A stretch of 57,909 nucleotides of DNA, the filler included, from Basidioascus undulatus (lineage: Eukaryota): NCBI GenBank assembly GCA_000826855.1. It is 4 parts of 4 records of this genome, joined end to end, with 100 filler letters (N's around TTAATTAATTAA, not from the genome) between each part and the next. Parts side by side here need not be neighbours in the genome. Positions count along the whole stretch, not along the records: positions 8,687 to 17,266 come from JTLS01001369.1; positions 17,367 to 49,237 come from JTLS01000137.1; 2 more parts are not named here. One strand, written 5' to 3'. Made by a program: the position numbers and the translations under genes. Within the stretch, counting starts at the first letter, position 1, and each line of letters opens with the position of its first letter. The notes below the pieces were generated by a model, which was given only the letters and a program-made list of their open reading frames with translations, was not told the DNA's origin and ran no database searches. Shown here in pieces: positions 12,720-24,733 of the stretch.

Positions 12720-15245
12720 GGCGCGTTGATTTGGGGAAGTGGTGAGCGTTCGATATGTGTGAGCTGGAGAGGAAAGAGGGTGATTTGGTACTGGTGAAGC
12801 TGGAGCTGGCTGTTTATACGCCAGCGATCCGCGAACATACAACGATGCTCGTGAGGATCGAGCGAACGTCATTGATATCCAACGAATGCGCGATTTTGGG
12901 ACTTGAAGACGGAAACAACCGTGTATCTGGGCGCTCTGGCTTCGAGAGCTCCTTGTAGACGATGGATAAGGGGACAGGTTCATCGACGACCAGGCAGTGT
13001 GGAAAAGGCGGAACCTGAGTCAACGGTTGAGAGTGGGAGGGCATCTTCTCTTTGGCGATCCGACCAAGTCCGCTTCAGGGCCGGCTCGTGACGCGGCTTC
13101 CCGCTCGAACTTCGTCTTCTTCCTCTACGCTCTTCCCCTCTTACTATTCTGCCATTTTCACTTTTCTATTCCTTGCTATTCAGGTTCCCGTGAGTCTACC
13201 GTTCATTGTTGACCCGCACTGGAGCGTCCTGGGACGATGGAGGACACGGAGGTGATGACTCATTAGCATAGGGACAGCTGAGCCCCAAAGGGGTGCTGCT
13301 GATTTATGTGAATCGGAATCGTAGTAGATTTCCATAACGCTGATCCTTTGTCCTCCGTTGTCCTTTGGTTGCTCTGGCGGATGGCACTCTCGAGAAGGTT
13401 GTGGACGAATGTGCGAAACTAACGCTCTTGTGTTACAGTCTGCAGATTCGCTCGCGCCCGCCTTCTGTGTCCCTCGTTTACACAGTGTTCCCGACATGGA
13501 CATAAATATCTTGCTTAGCCTAGCATTCCTAATGTGTCTGCTTGGATTGCGTCCTCCGACGCCTTGTTGGTCCGAAGTCGTGTGGGCTATGGCGTCTTCT
13601 TCCCCAAAGCAAGAAAGATAGGACGCCTCAATCGACGCATATCCATCACCCGCAGGCACACGCGGCGAGGTGTACTGTGACTGCACTGTATTTTGCAGCT
13701 ATTTTGCAGCTGCTGCAGTAAAACAAGACACATTGAACTGGAAATGGTCAAGTCTTGCGCACAAATGTGCTCGGAGTGACTGCGGTACATGCGTGGCGGG
13801 ACGTGCTGGACGCGCTAAGCTCGACCCTTGCTGATGCCGGCGTGCACTCTTGCTTGCTCTGCGAGAAGGGCCCTGCAAGCTTGTGAACTCGTCTTACACG
13901 GTGTCACAGCTGCATATTTTGCCCACGCTTGACTTCTGGGTGTCCGCACACAGGAGGACGAACACGCCATGGTCCGCGTCCGCCGCCATCCGCGCAGACT
14001 GCGGAATGTCTGCCCCTGGTTCTGCTAACTTCTGGCGCCGCAGCCAACCTTTCACAGCTTTTAGCCCTTCCACATGACGAAGGACAGGGTACCTTTGGAG
14101 TGCACACGTCTTCGTGCCGAATCTGCTGATGGCAAGTTTCCAGCTTCACCGCGTTGTTCATCTCCTTCACTCACCTCTTCCCGGACTGGCTCCTCCTCTG
14201 ATCATAATGCGCACCACCGCCATCGCTGTCGCTCTGACTTGCAGTGCAGCTGTAGCGTATCGTAGGGCGCCTTGCGCTTAGCGTCCTGGCAAAGATGCTG
14301 ATTTCGAGGAGCGTGCTTCGATAGCGCTCGCCGAGCAACCAGCCAAGAAGGCCGAGCAGCAGATTGCGCTGCTGGAGTCTGACGAGCCTTGTCCGTTCTA
14401 TATGTGGTCGTTGGAGGTAAGTCAACCTGTCATACAACCTACTCGCTCGGTCTGAACATGTGTTCTGGTGCGATCAGGCATGCTACAATGGCCGACAGCA
14501 CGAGAACCCTCAAGAGAGGACTGTTACTACGATGGACTGGTGTACTCGTATGTCAAGTTCTCTCGTGTACACTGTCCTTTACTGAGTCGAGGTCGGTCGC
14601 TAGGCATGCTGCCCGTTTGCGGGCCCAAAGAGCACTTGACACCGCAGTGACCGCACTCGCGACCTCGATACCCACCACCCTCGGCAGCCAGGTTGTACCC
14701 ACCGGCCACAATTACCAGCTGCATTCGGCTAGTCCGAGAAGTATATTACAGACCACAGTGTAGCATTATGTACGCCAGCCCAGCCAACTGTAGAATAGAC
14801 GAGCGTGCATGGACACTTGACATTGCATTACGGACTGAACCGCCCTCTCGCCTCCATCTGACCTTGACCTGTATTGGAGCAACGCGCGCTCAATACTGAC
14901 CACAAATTATCCAGCACAGCCCTCATAAACCCTCGTTCTGGCATTTAAGCCCCCTTACCATCAGACTGAGCAAAACCCCTGAGGGCCTGATCGGCGGAAG
15001 TACTCTTCGCGCCTGGCGCTTCCTCCTCATGGGTCTGGACATCCTGCCTGCAACTTCTTCAGTCCTCAGACTGACCTGCACGCATTCAATTCTCTCTTTC
15101 GCCAAGCCTGCGGGCACTGCCTCCCAGGCCTTTTTATACCACGCCGGCCCTCGCTCTCGCTTTCCCCCCAATCCCGGCTTCGCAGTCGACTTCCCACACG
15201 CTCACGCTCCCGCTTTCGAGCTTCATTACTCGCACCCGCAGCACC

Positions 15246-16144
15246 ATGCTCGCTTTCATCCCCCTCACCGTCGCTCTCGCTACGCTCACCAGCGCCGGGG
15301 TCCTGGGCACGAAGTGTGCGTCTCCGTCACTGCCCTCTAACGTGACGCCTGCTCACGCTGCCCTTGCCCTAACAGCCCACATCGAAACGACCCCTCGCTC
15401 CCTCCGCGTCCGTCAGGACCTCCCGGACATCGGGCTCGAGTGCCTGGACGCTTGCGACCCGTACACGACTACGCAGCAGGTGAGTCTGCGTCCCCGCTCC
15501 CGGGTGGCTGCGAGTGGTTCAAGCGTTGACGGGTGTTGCGGGGGCAGCGGTGCTACGACGAGGGAATCGCGAGGTGGGCCGACGAGACCTACACGGTTCG
15601 TTTCCGTTCTGGATGAGGTTTGATGAACGATGCTGAGGTAGTGTGGGTACCAGATCGACTACTGCAATTGCGGCCTGTGGGACACAAACCTGTACCACGC
15701 CTGCGTGGCGTGCTCGCCCTCCCCGCCGGGCGAGCGTGCTAAGTGTACGTCCTCGCCCACCTCCTTCTTCCATGCCCACCCCCCTTTCCCTCTCAACGCC
15801 CTTTCCCTTCAGTCGAAGCCGCCTGCGCGCGAATCAACATCCCGCCCTCGCAAGAGCTTCCGTACCCGTCCGACCCCTCTGCGCCGGGCCCCTTCACCGC
15901 CGCCGGGCCGTCTGCGAGCGGCTCGGCGTCGGTCCTCCCTGCTCCCGCTCCGGGACAGCCGACGTCGACCTCGCTGGTGGTTAGCGTAGACGAGACCAGC
16001 ACGCGCACGTTCACTTCGGTCACGAGCAAGGCGACGTCGACGGGGACGGCTGGAGACGTCATGTATGGTGATGCGGCGGTGAGAGGGGTGCCGGTGTCTG
16101 TGGTGCTCATGTGCGCGGCGGTGGTGGTGGCGCTTGCTCCTTGA
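15246..16144 (+). CDS. Secreted, probably GPI-anchored Cys-rich cell-surface protein
   Basis: Signal peptide MLAFIPLTVALATLTSAG. Cys domain ECLDACDPY...CGYQIDYCNCGLWDTNLYHACVACS, a Ser/Thr/Pro stalk, and a hydrophobic C-terminus VPVSVVLMCAAVVVALAP*. Three GT-AG introns. Confidence 0.7.
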
Positions 16145-16655
16145 GGGGAGGCTGCAGGTCGGGGGCGGACCGGGATGGAGGGTTGAACGGACTTTCGCCC
16201 ATCTTCGTAGTTTTTTTTTATTAGGTCTGGATAGTCATTATACATCGTTCTTTTTACAACTATCCGTCATTGTTTCAATTATAGAAAAGCAGCGAGTCGA
16301 GCGAAAACAGTCCGGATCGTGCGCTCGCTTTCAACTCGCACACTGCACACTACGCACTGCGACGACTGTGACGACTCGAAACAGCGCTCTGATCCCAAAC
16401 CACTGTGCACCGAACACCGACCGCGTCTCAAGCATAAGCAAGCAAGTTCCATAACCATGCTTATCGTCTTGTTCCATCCATTGCGCTCGCCTAGTATCCA
16501 GCCCACCCAGTCCCAGTCCATGCCCCCACCCCCCACAACCAACAACAACCTCACGCTACCCCCTCTCCCCTAGCTTTCTTCGGCCTCCCCTCTCTTCACC
16601 TCACTCCCTCCTCTCCCTCGTTCACTCTCCATCGCTCGGCTTCCCTTTATCCGCC

Positions 16656-17115
16656 ATGCTCCTCTTGCCACTCCTCCTCGCCGCCCCTTCCGCCTCCGTC
16701 GCGGCTCCGGCGGCTGACGTATCCCCCGACGAAGCGACCGTTCCCTCCATCCTGCACCTTACCCTCCCGCAGCTCGCTCCCGTCTTTCCCTCGAAGTGCG
16801 AGCTTGAGTGTCGGGACTATGCGGAGCATGGGCGGGTCCGTCCTCTCTCTCCCCCCTTGTCTTCCCACCTTCTCCTATTCATCCCCACCTCCTTCCCCCC
16901 CTCCTTCCCCGCTTCCCATTCTCTGGCTGGAGAGAACGCTGAGGCGGTGGGGTGGGGTGGGTCGGGGTGATGGGGTCCAGCAATGCGTCAAACTCGGCCT
17001 GCAAGAGTGGGAAGACCCCGAGTGGACGCTTGCCTACTGCAACTGCCGCACGTACGGCACGCAGGGGTACGCGACGTGCGCGGCGTGCTCAAGGACCGAG
17101 GAGGCCTCGATCTGT
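16656..17115 (+). CDS. Secreted Cys-rich protein, paralog of the 15246-16144 gene; 3' end lost in gap
   Basis: Signal peptide MLLLPLLLAAPSASVAA, then KCELECRDY...[intron]QCVKL...LAYCNCRTYGTQGYATCAACS with the same Cys/Tyr spacing as its neighbour. Confidence 0.65.
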
Positions 17116-17266
17116 TCGTCTTTCCTTCTCCCTCCTTCCCCTCCCATTCCACCTTCCCCTCACCTCGCCATCAGCTTCCCCTTTGTTCCCTGTTCCTTTC
17201 GACCCCCCTTCTTTACTTCCCCACCATCTTCCTCACGCTCCCCAGCTTCTTCCCCTCTCTCTCTTC

Positions 17267-17366
17267 NNNNNNNNNNNNNNNNNNNNNNNNNNNNNNNNNN
17301 NNNNNNNNNNTTAATTAATTAANNNNNNNNNNNNNNNNNNNNNNNNNNNNNNNNNNNNNNNNNNNN
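17267..17366. other. Artificial contig-joining linker
   Basis: N44-TTAATTAATTAA-N44. Confidence 0.97.
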
Positions 17367-18146
17367 GCGCGGGAGGGTGAAGGAGAAGAGGTGCGGGCGC
17401 TTTGGGCGGTGAGGGGAGGTCTGCGGCATGCGGTGGGTGGTCAGCGCGCGTTGGAAAGGGAGCAGAGAAAGACGGACTGGATGGCAACGCGTTATCGTTC
17501 GCGCTGAGACTCAAGAACAAGAACAGGGGGACAAGCCACACGCAGACCCCAAAGAACGCCGCGACCTCCCCGAACCCGTGTCCCTCCTCCACAGCGCGGT
17601 GCCTCAAGCCGCGTCGGTACCTCCCGGCAGCGCCGAGCCTGCTGTTGCGCTCTTGAGCAACAGCGGCGAAGTGGAAGAACCAAACGAAGTGGTCCGCAAC
17701 GACGAGGAGGCAGGAGGTGATGAACTGCGGGGAGGCGAGGCGGATGTAGGGCCACGTGGAGGAGAAGTTGGAGAGGTAGGAGAGGTGCGCTAGGATGCCG
17801 AGCAAGGTGGGCAGGAGGGGCAGGGAGTCCACGATGAGGAGCAGGCCGTGCAGGAGGATGATCGCCTGTGGGAGGGAGGAGGAGGGTGAGCAAGGTATCG
17901 AAGGGGGAAGGGAAGAAGGAGGGAAGACGCACGTAGATCGCACGCTGCCCGATGAGCTTGGCCAAACGTGAATGCTCCTCGATCACCTCCGCGAGCCATA
18001 GCAGCCCAGAAGCTGCACCTCATCCACTATTCAACATCTGCTTTCCTCCCTTTCCTCCCTCTGCTGCGCGACGCACCCAAGCTAAGTGTGACAAAGAGAA
18101 AGCCAGCAGCGCCGGCGACATAGGACAGACTGTGGAGAAGCGTCAT
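17367..18146 (-). CDS. SVP26: Svp26/TEX261 family ER-Golgi membrane protein; 3' end lost in gap
   Basis: MTLLHSLSYVAGAAGFLFVTLSL/ASGLLWLAEVIEEHSRLAKLIGQRAIY/AIILLH...WPYIRLASPQFITSCLLVVADHFVWFFHF...EVAAFFGVCVWLVPLFLFLSLSANDNALP. Confidence 0.9.
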
Positions 18147-18452
18147 CGTAGCATCAAGCGGGTAGCAGTCGTAAATAAGTTTGTCGGGGTGTCGTGAGTG
18201 CCTTCCAGAGGCGGTAGAAAGTGTGAGAGTGGGCGAGAGAGAGAAAAGACGGGCAGATGGACGTGGTCGAAGGACAAGCTTCGCACTTCGCTGCAGGACG
18301 TTGCAACGCGCGACGCGCTCGCTCGCTCGGTCAGTGCTCGGCCCGACCGACAGTCGTTGATCGTTATCCACGCACACCAAACGCAGCATCCTCCAGTCTA
18401 TACCATCTCCCACCTCTTTCTCTATACCACACGCTCTCCCCAGCCAATTACA
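18147..18452. promoter_or_regulatory. Probable bidirectional promoter between SVP26 and DID2
   Basis: Head-to-head ATGs about 306 bp apart, with pyrimidine-rich leaders on each sense strand. No specific sites were identified. Confidence 0.5.
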
Positions 18453-19317
18453 ATGAGCAATCTCGAGAGTGCGTTCTCTCCCCGCCTATTACTCTTATCG
18501 CACGCCGGCTGATCCGAGTGGCACCCAGAGAGCCTCTTCCAGCTCAAGGCAGGCTTTCCAGTTTCCTTTCGAGGCTATGCCCCGTGGCCTGACACGCTTG
18601 CGCGCAGTTCACCTCCAAGCAACTACAGCGGCAATCCAAGAAGGCGGAGAAGGACGAGGCGGCGGAGAAGACGAAGCTCAAGAACGTGCGCCCCCGCCCT
18701 CCCCATCTCCCTTCCCCATCCCTCTTCCTTCTCACGTAACTAGGGGAGGGGTAACAGGCCCTGACCAAGAACAACACCGAGGGCGCGCGGATCTACGCGT
18801 CCAACGCGATCCGCAAGAAGAACGAGGCGCTCAACCTCCTCCGGCTCGCGAGCCGCGTTGACGCCGTCGCGAGCCGCGTCGAGACCGCCGTCACCATGCG
18901 CCAGGTCACGGGTAGCATGAAGAGCGTAGTCGTGGGCATGGACAAGGCAATGGCGAACATGAACTTGGAGCAGGTGCGTCCCCGTCTTTTTCCCCCGGGT
19001 GAGAGAGAGCAGGGCTGATTGGGGTGTGGAACCAGATCTCGATGGTAATGGACAAGTTCGAGTCGCAATTCTCCGACCTGGACGTGCAGACGCAGTACAT
19101 GGAGGGGACGATGCACGCGTCCACGGCGCAGACGACGCCGCCCGACCAGGTCGACGCGCTCATGCAGCAGGTCGCGGACGAGGCCGGCCTCGAGCTCAGC
19201 CAGAAGGTCGGCGCGCAGAGCGTCGAGGGCGTCGTGCACAATTTGGAGGAGCGCAAGAGGGACGTGGAGGAGGACGCGCTGGCCAAGCGGTTGAGGGCGC
19301 TGAGGCCGGCCAGCTGA
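18453..19317 (+). CDS. DID2: ESCRT-III associated Did2/CHMP1 (Vps46), 5 exons
   Basis: [29 protein letters not shown].../[50 protein letters not shown].../[12 protein letters not shown]...[15 protein letters not shown]. Intron 2 (18549-18607) is GC-AG. Confidence 0.95.
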
Positions 19318-20434
19318 GGGGTGGGCGGGATGCATTGCGTTGGGCGGCAGGGGTTGGGGATGAGGTTTGAGAGAGAAGGAGGCGCTCACATTCACACACT
19401 TCGAACACCTCGATCGCGGACGCTCATCGCCGCTCAACATTTCCTAGCTCTCGTGGCTCAAAGCCTTTCGACCGCCACATCTGCTCTCGCTCCTCGTGCA
19501 CATCGCATCATCCATGGTCACCCCATCTTCATCGCATTGACGCTCCGAATTGCTTATCGACTGTATCACCGCCTTCTTTCGGCCTGGCCTTCATTCGTGG
19601 GGACAGTCAAGATTTACATCAGCGCCGACCCGCGCCTCCGCGTCCTTCGTCTCCTCGTTTCTGCTCCTCATCCCTTCCATCCGCACCTCTTACCCTCGCG
19701 ATTCGGTCCGCAGGCTACCCCTTCGCGCCCATCGTGCTAGCCCGCTTTCTCACGCCGCTTGGACTGGTCGCTTTTCGACTTCACTTGTGTTTTCCTGTCA
19801 AGCAGCTGCGGTGGGATCAGTGACCTCGAGCTGTGCATCAAAGATAACAACCGACCATTCCATTGCCCGTCCGCATCCTCCAAACCCAATATCTGCTCGC
19901 CTGGTCCCGGATGACAAGGCTCGTTCTTAGGTTGTGCTGCGAGCTAAAGCTTCGAGGTGTCGATCGTCATTGCGCAGCCAGCTAATGAGCACTTCGTGGC
20001 TCAACCCCTTTACTCACCAGCACCCGACGCCTTCTGCGCCGCCCCCAACGCCGACGACAGGAGGCATGTCCTCTGTCGCGGGGTTTTTTTTTTTTTTTTT
20101 GCATTGCGGAGACAGGAACTGAGTTCGAGAGGGACTGCCTGGTGTAACTGGTCAGCACGGCTTTAATTAATTCTGATACCCTCAGATGGAAGTGGCGGCA
20201 GTTATTCTCTTCAAGTTTCAGACACATTGGCCAACACTTTGCATTCGTCGCTCCATGTCAGTATGTTTGCCACGATTGCAGTATCCGCCGACCGCACACA
20301 ATGCGTTGGATCGTTGTCCCTTGTGGGTAGACATACTTGGTGATCGGTCCCATTCATACGGTCATGCTTCATACATGCCTTGCAAACATCAATCCATTGT
20401 CAAGCGCGATGCTGCCCCTCCTACTGCGTAATCT

Positions 20435-21640
20435 TCATCTCCACACCGTCTTCATCAAACTAGCGCGATCCTTCCACAAGCGCAGAGCACGTTGGACCGC
20501 ATAGAACAGCACCTTTTGCTCAGACCCGGCCATTGTCTGATGCGACCTCAGGCATTCGTCGCTTCCATAAGAGGCGATCAAAAACGATGTTGCCCAGACT
20601 ACACTCAGCGCCGGGAGGGTGTCCCTGGACAGAGCGGTAAAGAAGGAAAGAGCTTCCTCGAAACGCTGGTCTTCAACTGCGGGGAATCCTTCAAGATGTT
20701 GAGCTGAATGGAGGCGAGTGTGCGGCGCCGTCCTCGGCCATGTAACGAGGGGGCCGATACACACGCAGAAGAGGACATGCGAGAGAGAGATAGTTCACCG
20801 GAGCGGAGAACTCAACAGAGAATGGTGTTAGGCAAAGACGAACGACATGGGAGCCGATGGCCATGAGGGCGTCGCGCAGAGTCTCCTCGGGAAAGTGCCT
20901 CATCTCCAGCTGCAATCCCATAGCGCGCGCAGCTTCGAGAGTCCGAGCAGATTCAATACGTATTGAGCCCAATCCACGTCCCCGTCCGTGTCGCATGTGA
21001 CCACATCTAGTTCGCGAAGGCGAGGCAAATCAAGGACATAGTCGTCGGCAATCTCCTCTGCATCCTCGTCGAATAGCAACAGTTCTAGTCGCTCGAGTTT
21101 CACGAGTCGTGATAGGCACCAGAATACGGATTGAACTGCACCTGCTCAGTGAAGGTGCATACTCGAGATGTTCGACTGAGCGACTGTGTTGAACCCGACA
21201 ATAAATGGGATGCCAAGAATCATTTCCCCAAAGTCCACGGAGCGGAGGCCAGTCAAGAAGCTGAACGGAGCGAGATGGAATGCGTCACAACGAACGGTTC
21301 TTTTCACCTTCTCCTTCAGTGAGGAGTAGATGAAGCTGTTCGGACGTTGTGGGTCTGCCGTAACGGCAGTAGCGCTGGCTGACGATCTGGGTCAACCCAG
21401 CCAAGCGATCGAATGGAACGTTGCTGTGGCTGAGCAGGAGCGGGGTAGCCGAAGACTGTGAATGATCGATGAATGAGTTCGAATTTGTTCCTTGGGAATC
21501 TTCGCGACTGATCTTCCAGTGGCGGCAAACCAGCAAGAGTCTCATCGCCGGGTGCTCGTCACCGGACCCGTATTGCCACTCCTGGCCCAGCACGGCGAGG
21601 CGCAAGATCCGGCTGAGGTTTCGTTGGGGAGGGGGTCCAT
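20435..21640 (-). pseudogene. Disabled F-box/LRR-like gene, tandem copy A
   Basis: ATG 21640 MDPLPNET then a 1-nt shift into LSRILRLAV...AMRLLLVCRHWK. Downstream LRR-like fragments (KLERLELLL, LDLPRLRELDV, LRDALMAIGSHV, QRFEEALSFFTALSRDTLPALSVV) lie in different frames. Confidence 0.65.
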
Positions 21641-21992
21641 TTCTAGTGGTCTGACTGCGAGAGATATGGCGATGCTGAGATGTGGAAGCTTGTCGACGGG
21701 CGGAGACGGCGAGAACGATGATGGACGTTCGTTGGCAAGGTGCTCTCGAGCTCCGCGGCCTCGCAGCTCTCCCTTTGCGACTCGCCCAGGCGTTGCGCCC
21801 TGACAACGTGGAATGAGTTGACTCACACAGGCTGTGTCAAGCTGAGGTTCCCACTGTTTACAGTTAAGATTCATCCAGCTTCATTTCACATGCTGCGCCC
21901 GAAGCACCGCCTCCAGCGGCACGACACACTCTTAGCTTCCAAAGGTACACGACAACGAACATGCATGAGATACGACCCTCCCCAGCATGCGT

Positions 21993-23210
21993 TCATGCCT
22001 TGAGGAGAAGGGAAACACCTTTGGCACTGGTCAACCTGACGTCCAATTCACCCAAGCACGACGCCAGCCTCACAGTGTGGTAGAAAGCTTTCTGGTCGAA
22101 CTCGTCCATCTCGTCGAAATAAGGCATGCTTGACTCACTCACGTCAAACAGCGAGCCCCTCCGGTCGTTGACGACATCAAGAGATGGAAGTTTATCGGTG
22201 CTCAACTCCTTGAAGAACCATAAGAAATTCTCGAAGCGCTGCGCATCTAACCTGAGAAAGTGGCAGTCTTCGTTCAGAGCAATAACCGAGAGGTTCGGGT
22301 GCTGCAGATGACGGCCGCGTCCGCTGTCAAATTGAGGTGAGAAGTACTGGAGTAGATAGTAGACTAGGAAATGCCACATCGAGGTACCTGAGAGGCGTGG
22401 TGATCCGATACGCTTCAAGGGGTAAGCGTTCAAGGTGTGAGCCGATGGCGGTAAGAGCATTCTGAAACGCAGTGGCAGGCAGAGGGTCCAGCTGGAGTAT
22501 GATATTGACAAGCGCGGGAAGGTGTGAGGCTGCAGGTGACTGTCCAAATTGAAGTCTGTTCCCGAGTTCCATATGCAGATTTGGAGGGACTGGAGGCGAG
22601 ACAGATGCAGAACGCAGCGACGGCGATCGTCCGCATCCTCGTCCACGTACGCGAGGACAAGTAAGAGTTTTTCGAGCCCGGGAAGGCTAGAGATGTGGCT
22701 CAAGAGGTAATGCTGGGGGCATGAGTCTTCATGTGCAGCTCTCGAAGATGTTCGAAGCAAGGACTGAGCGCGAGACTGGCCACACATGGGACGCCCAGTA
22801 GCTGAGGACCGGTGTGGACGCGACGAAGCCCGTGAAGGAATCCAAAGCTGCCAGATACTCAGAGTCGGTATACTCCCCAGCGTAATATATCATGACCGTT
22901 AGCTTGCCGCACATCGCGAGCTTGCCAGAGCGACAGATAGCGCTTGGCGAGGGCCTCGGTGAGGTTGGCAAGGTGCGCGGCGGCGGTCACGATGTTTATC
23001 AAGGGAAGCGAGGCGGCCAGAGTCTGCACATCCGCCGCTGAATAAGAAGTGAGATTAAAGCTTTATGAAAATGCTACTGACCTTCCAGCGGCGGCAGACC
23101 AGCGAAAGACGCATCGCCGTATGAACTTAGGCAGAGTCGCAAAACAGCGTCTCGCCCGCAACGGCGAATCGGAAGATCCTGCTCAGTATCTCGTCTGGAA
23201 GGGGAATCAG
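21993..23210 (-). pseudogene. Disabled F-box/LRR-like gene, tandem copy B
   Basis: LIPLPDEILSRIFRFAVAGETLFCDSA*VHTAMRLSLVCRRWK, with TAA at 23127-23129 and no ATG. Later LPGLEKLLL, LHLSRLQSLQI, FQNALTAIGSHL and QRFENFLWFFKELSTDKLPSLDVV are colinear with copy A and frameshifted. Confidence 0.65.
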
Positions 23211-24733
23211 TGCTTGTTGACGTTTGAGATCCTTTCGGAAAGTCTGAGAGTATTTGAATGGAGGTGCGGGTCAGCGACGCGGATGGTGGTGGACGTTGGT
23301 GATCAAGAACGCCGAGCGGAGCGGAGCGGCTTTCGAACCGCGGTCGGAGCAGGCGGTTCGCCCTTCGCGAGTAACACCTCTCAAAGTAGCACCTCCCGAT
23401 ACTGTTACCATGAGCGCCCAGTGTAGTGGGGTGACGCTCAAACGAGATCAGAAACACGGACTTTGTACACTGTTCGTCACTTACAGTGTACTGCGTCTAT
23501 GACCAAAGAGCCACCATCATACACCTTTCGACTGGCAGTGCTCCTCATCCTGTCCCTCGAGGAGAGAGAAGGCTGCCGAAAGCCACACGTTTGAGCGACC
23601 TTAAGATACTGGATCGAAGGGCAATTCCAGTGTACGACGCATCGATGCTTTAGTGGCAGCCTGTGCTGTGCTACTCTGCTCTCACACCGTGCGTGTTCGG
23701 CGAAAATTTCCGGAGCTTCCCTGGAAAAGTTTGGTTGAGTACTATATTCAAAAAGACACAGACACAGCCCCTAGTGTTCTTGGGAATAGTTGCACTCGCA
23801 TCGGTCATGCGTCGACGACGGTGCCGTGAGGAGGCAGCAGTACCTCAGCTCCAAGACCTGCTTTGCCAGTCCGTAGAGCTCAAAAAACTTAATGCAGTTC
23901 AAAAAATTTCTGATAGTTTGCCTTATGCTCGGGTCACTGAGGTCGTCCCCAGATTCTGTCGAAGAAAGTTGTTCAGCCCCCCAAGGAGAGCATCCGGATC
24001 GACCTTTCTCCCCACACACCGCAATACTTCGAGCCTCCAGCTCTTCTTGAAAGCTCCCTGTTGATGGCCTGAAATCACCGAAGTGGGGCCAAAGTCTTGT
24101 TTGGGCGTCAAAAGGTTTCACCGACCTTCAGGTGAATGCCATGACTGCCCTGGTCATCTTTCAAACCGGCCTGACGGCGATCAGCGGCTGTACGTCGCTC
24201 TTTCGAACTTCTCAATGCTTTTTCAGAAGATACAGACGCATAGGTACTTCATCATGTCAGCGGGCAGTCGCTGTCCTTGGCTGTTTGCTACAGCCAAGCC
24301 AACTTTCACGTGTTTGAAACGTCGCGAGAGGCGCGCTTGTTAGCAAACGCGGGGGCCTCTGCTTGCCTCTGCAGACCGTCGTGTTCACTCACTCTCCCGC
24401 CCGACGCGCCGCAACCAACCAACAGCGCGGGCGTTGGACGCCGACCACCATCGTCCCCCCCTCCTCCCCACCCCGCGGTCCCTGGTTGTCGGCGCTCACG
24501 CCCCAGATCAGGCCACAGTTGTTGGTTCGGTGAGTATCAATTTCGAGCGGAATAGCCCGCCTTTATGGAAGTTCGATGGTTCGTCAACTGATTGAGGTGG
24601 TGGGCATCCACTCGGGGCCGGCATAGCTGCTCTTCGTCGTCGACGCACCTAGAGCTCACGCTCTACCTCACATCTTCATCCCTGACCTTGCCGTCCACCA
24701 CAATCCTCGAGCTCCCCCTCTCCCGCCCCCGCC

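Noticed and set aside
13180..14900. Several 60-170 aa ORFs on both strands
   Set aside because: No domain signature or consistent coding bias seen.
20084..20100. T17 run as a possible retroposon tail
   Set aside because: No TSD, Pol III boxes or LINE homology visible; simple homopolymer.
23663..24343. Overlapping short ORFs, possible relic gene or TE
   Set aside because: No identifiable motif.
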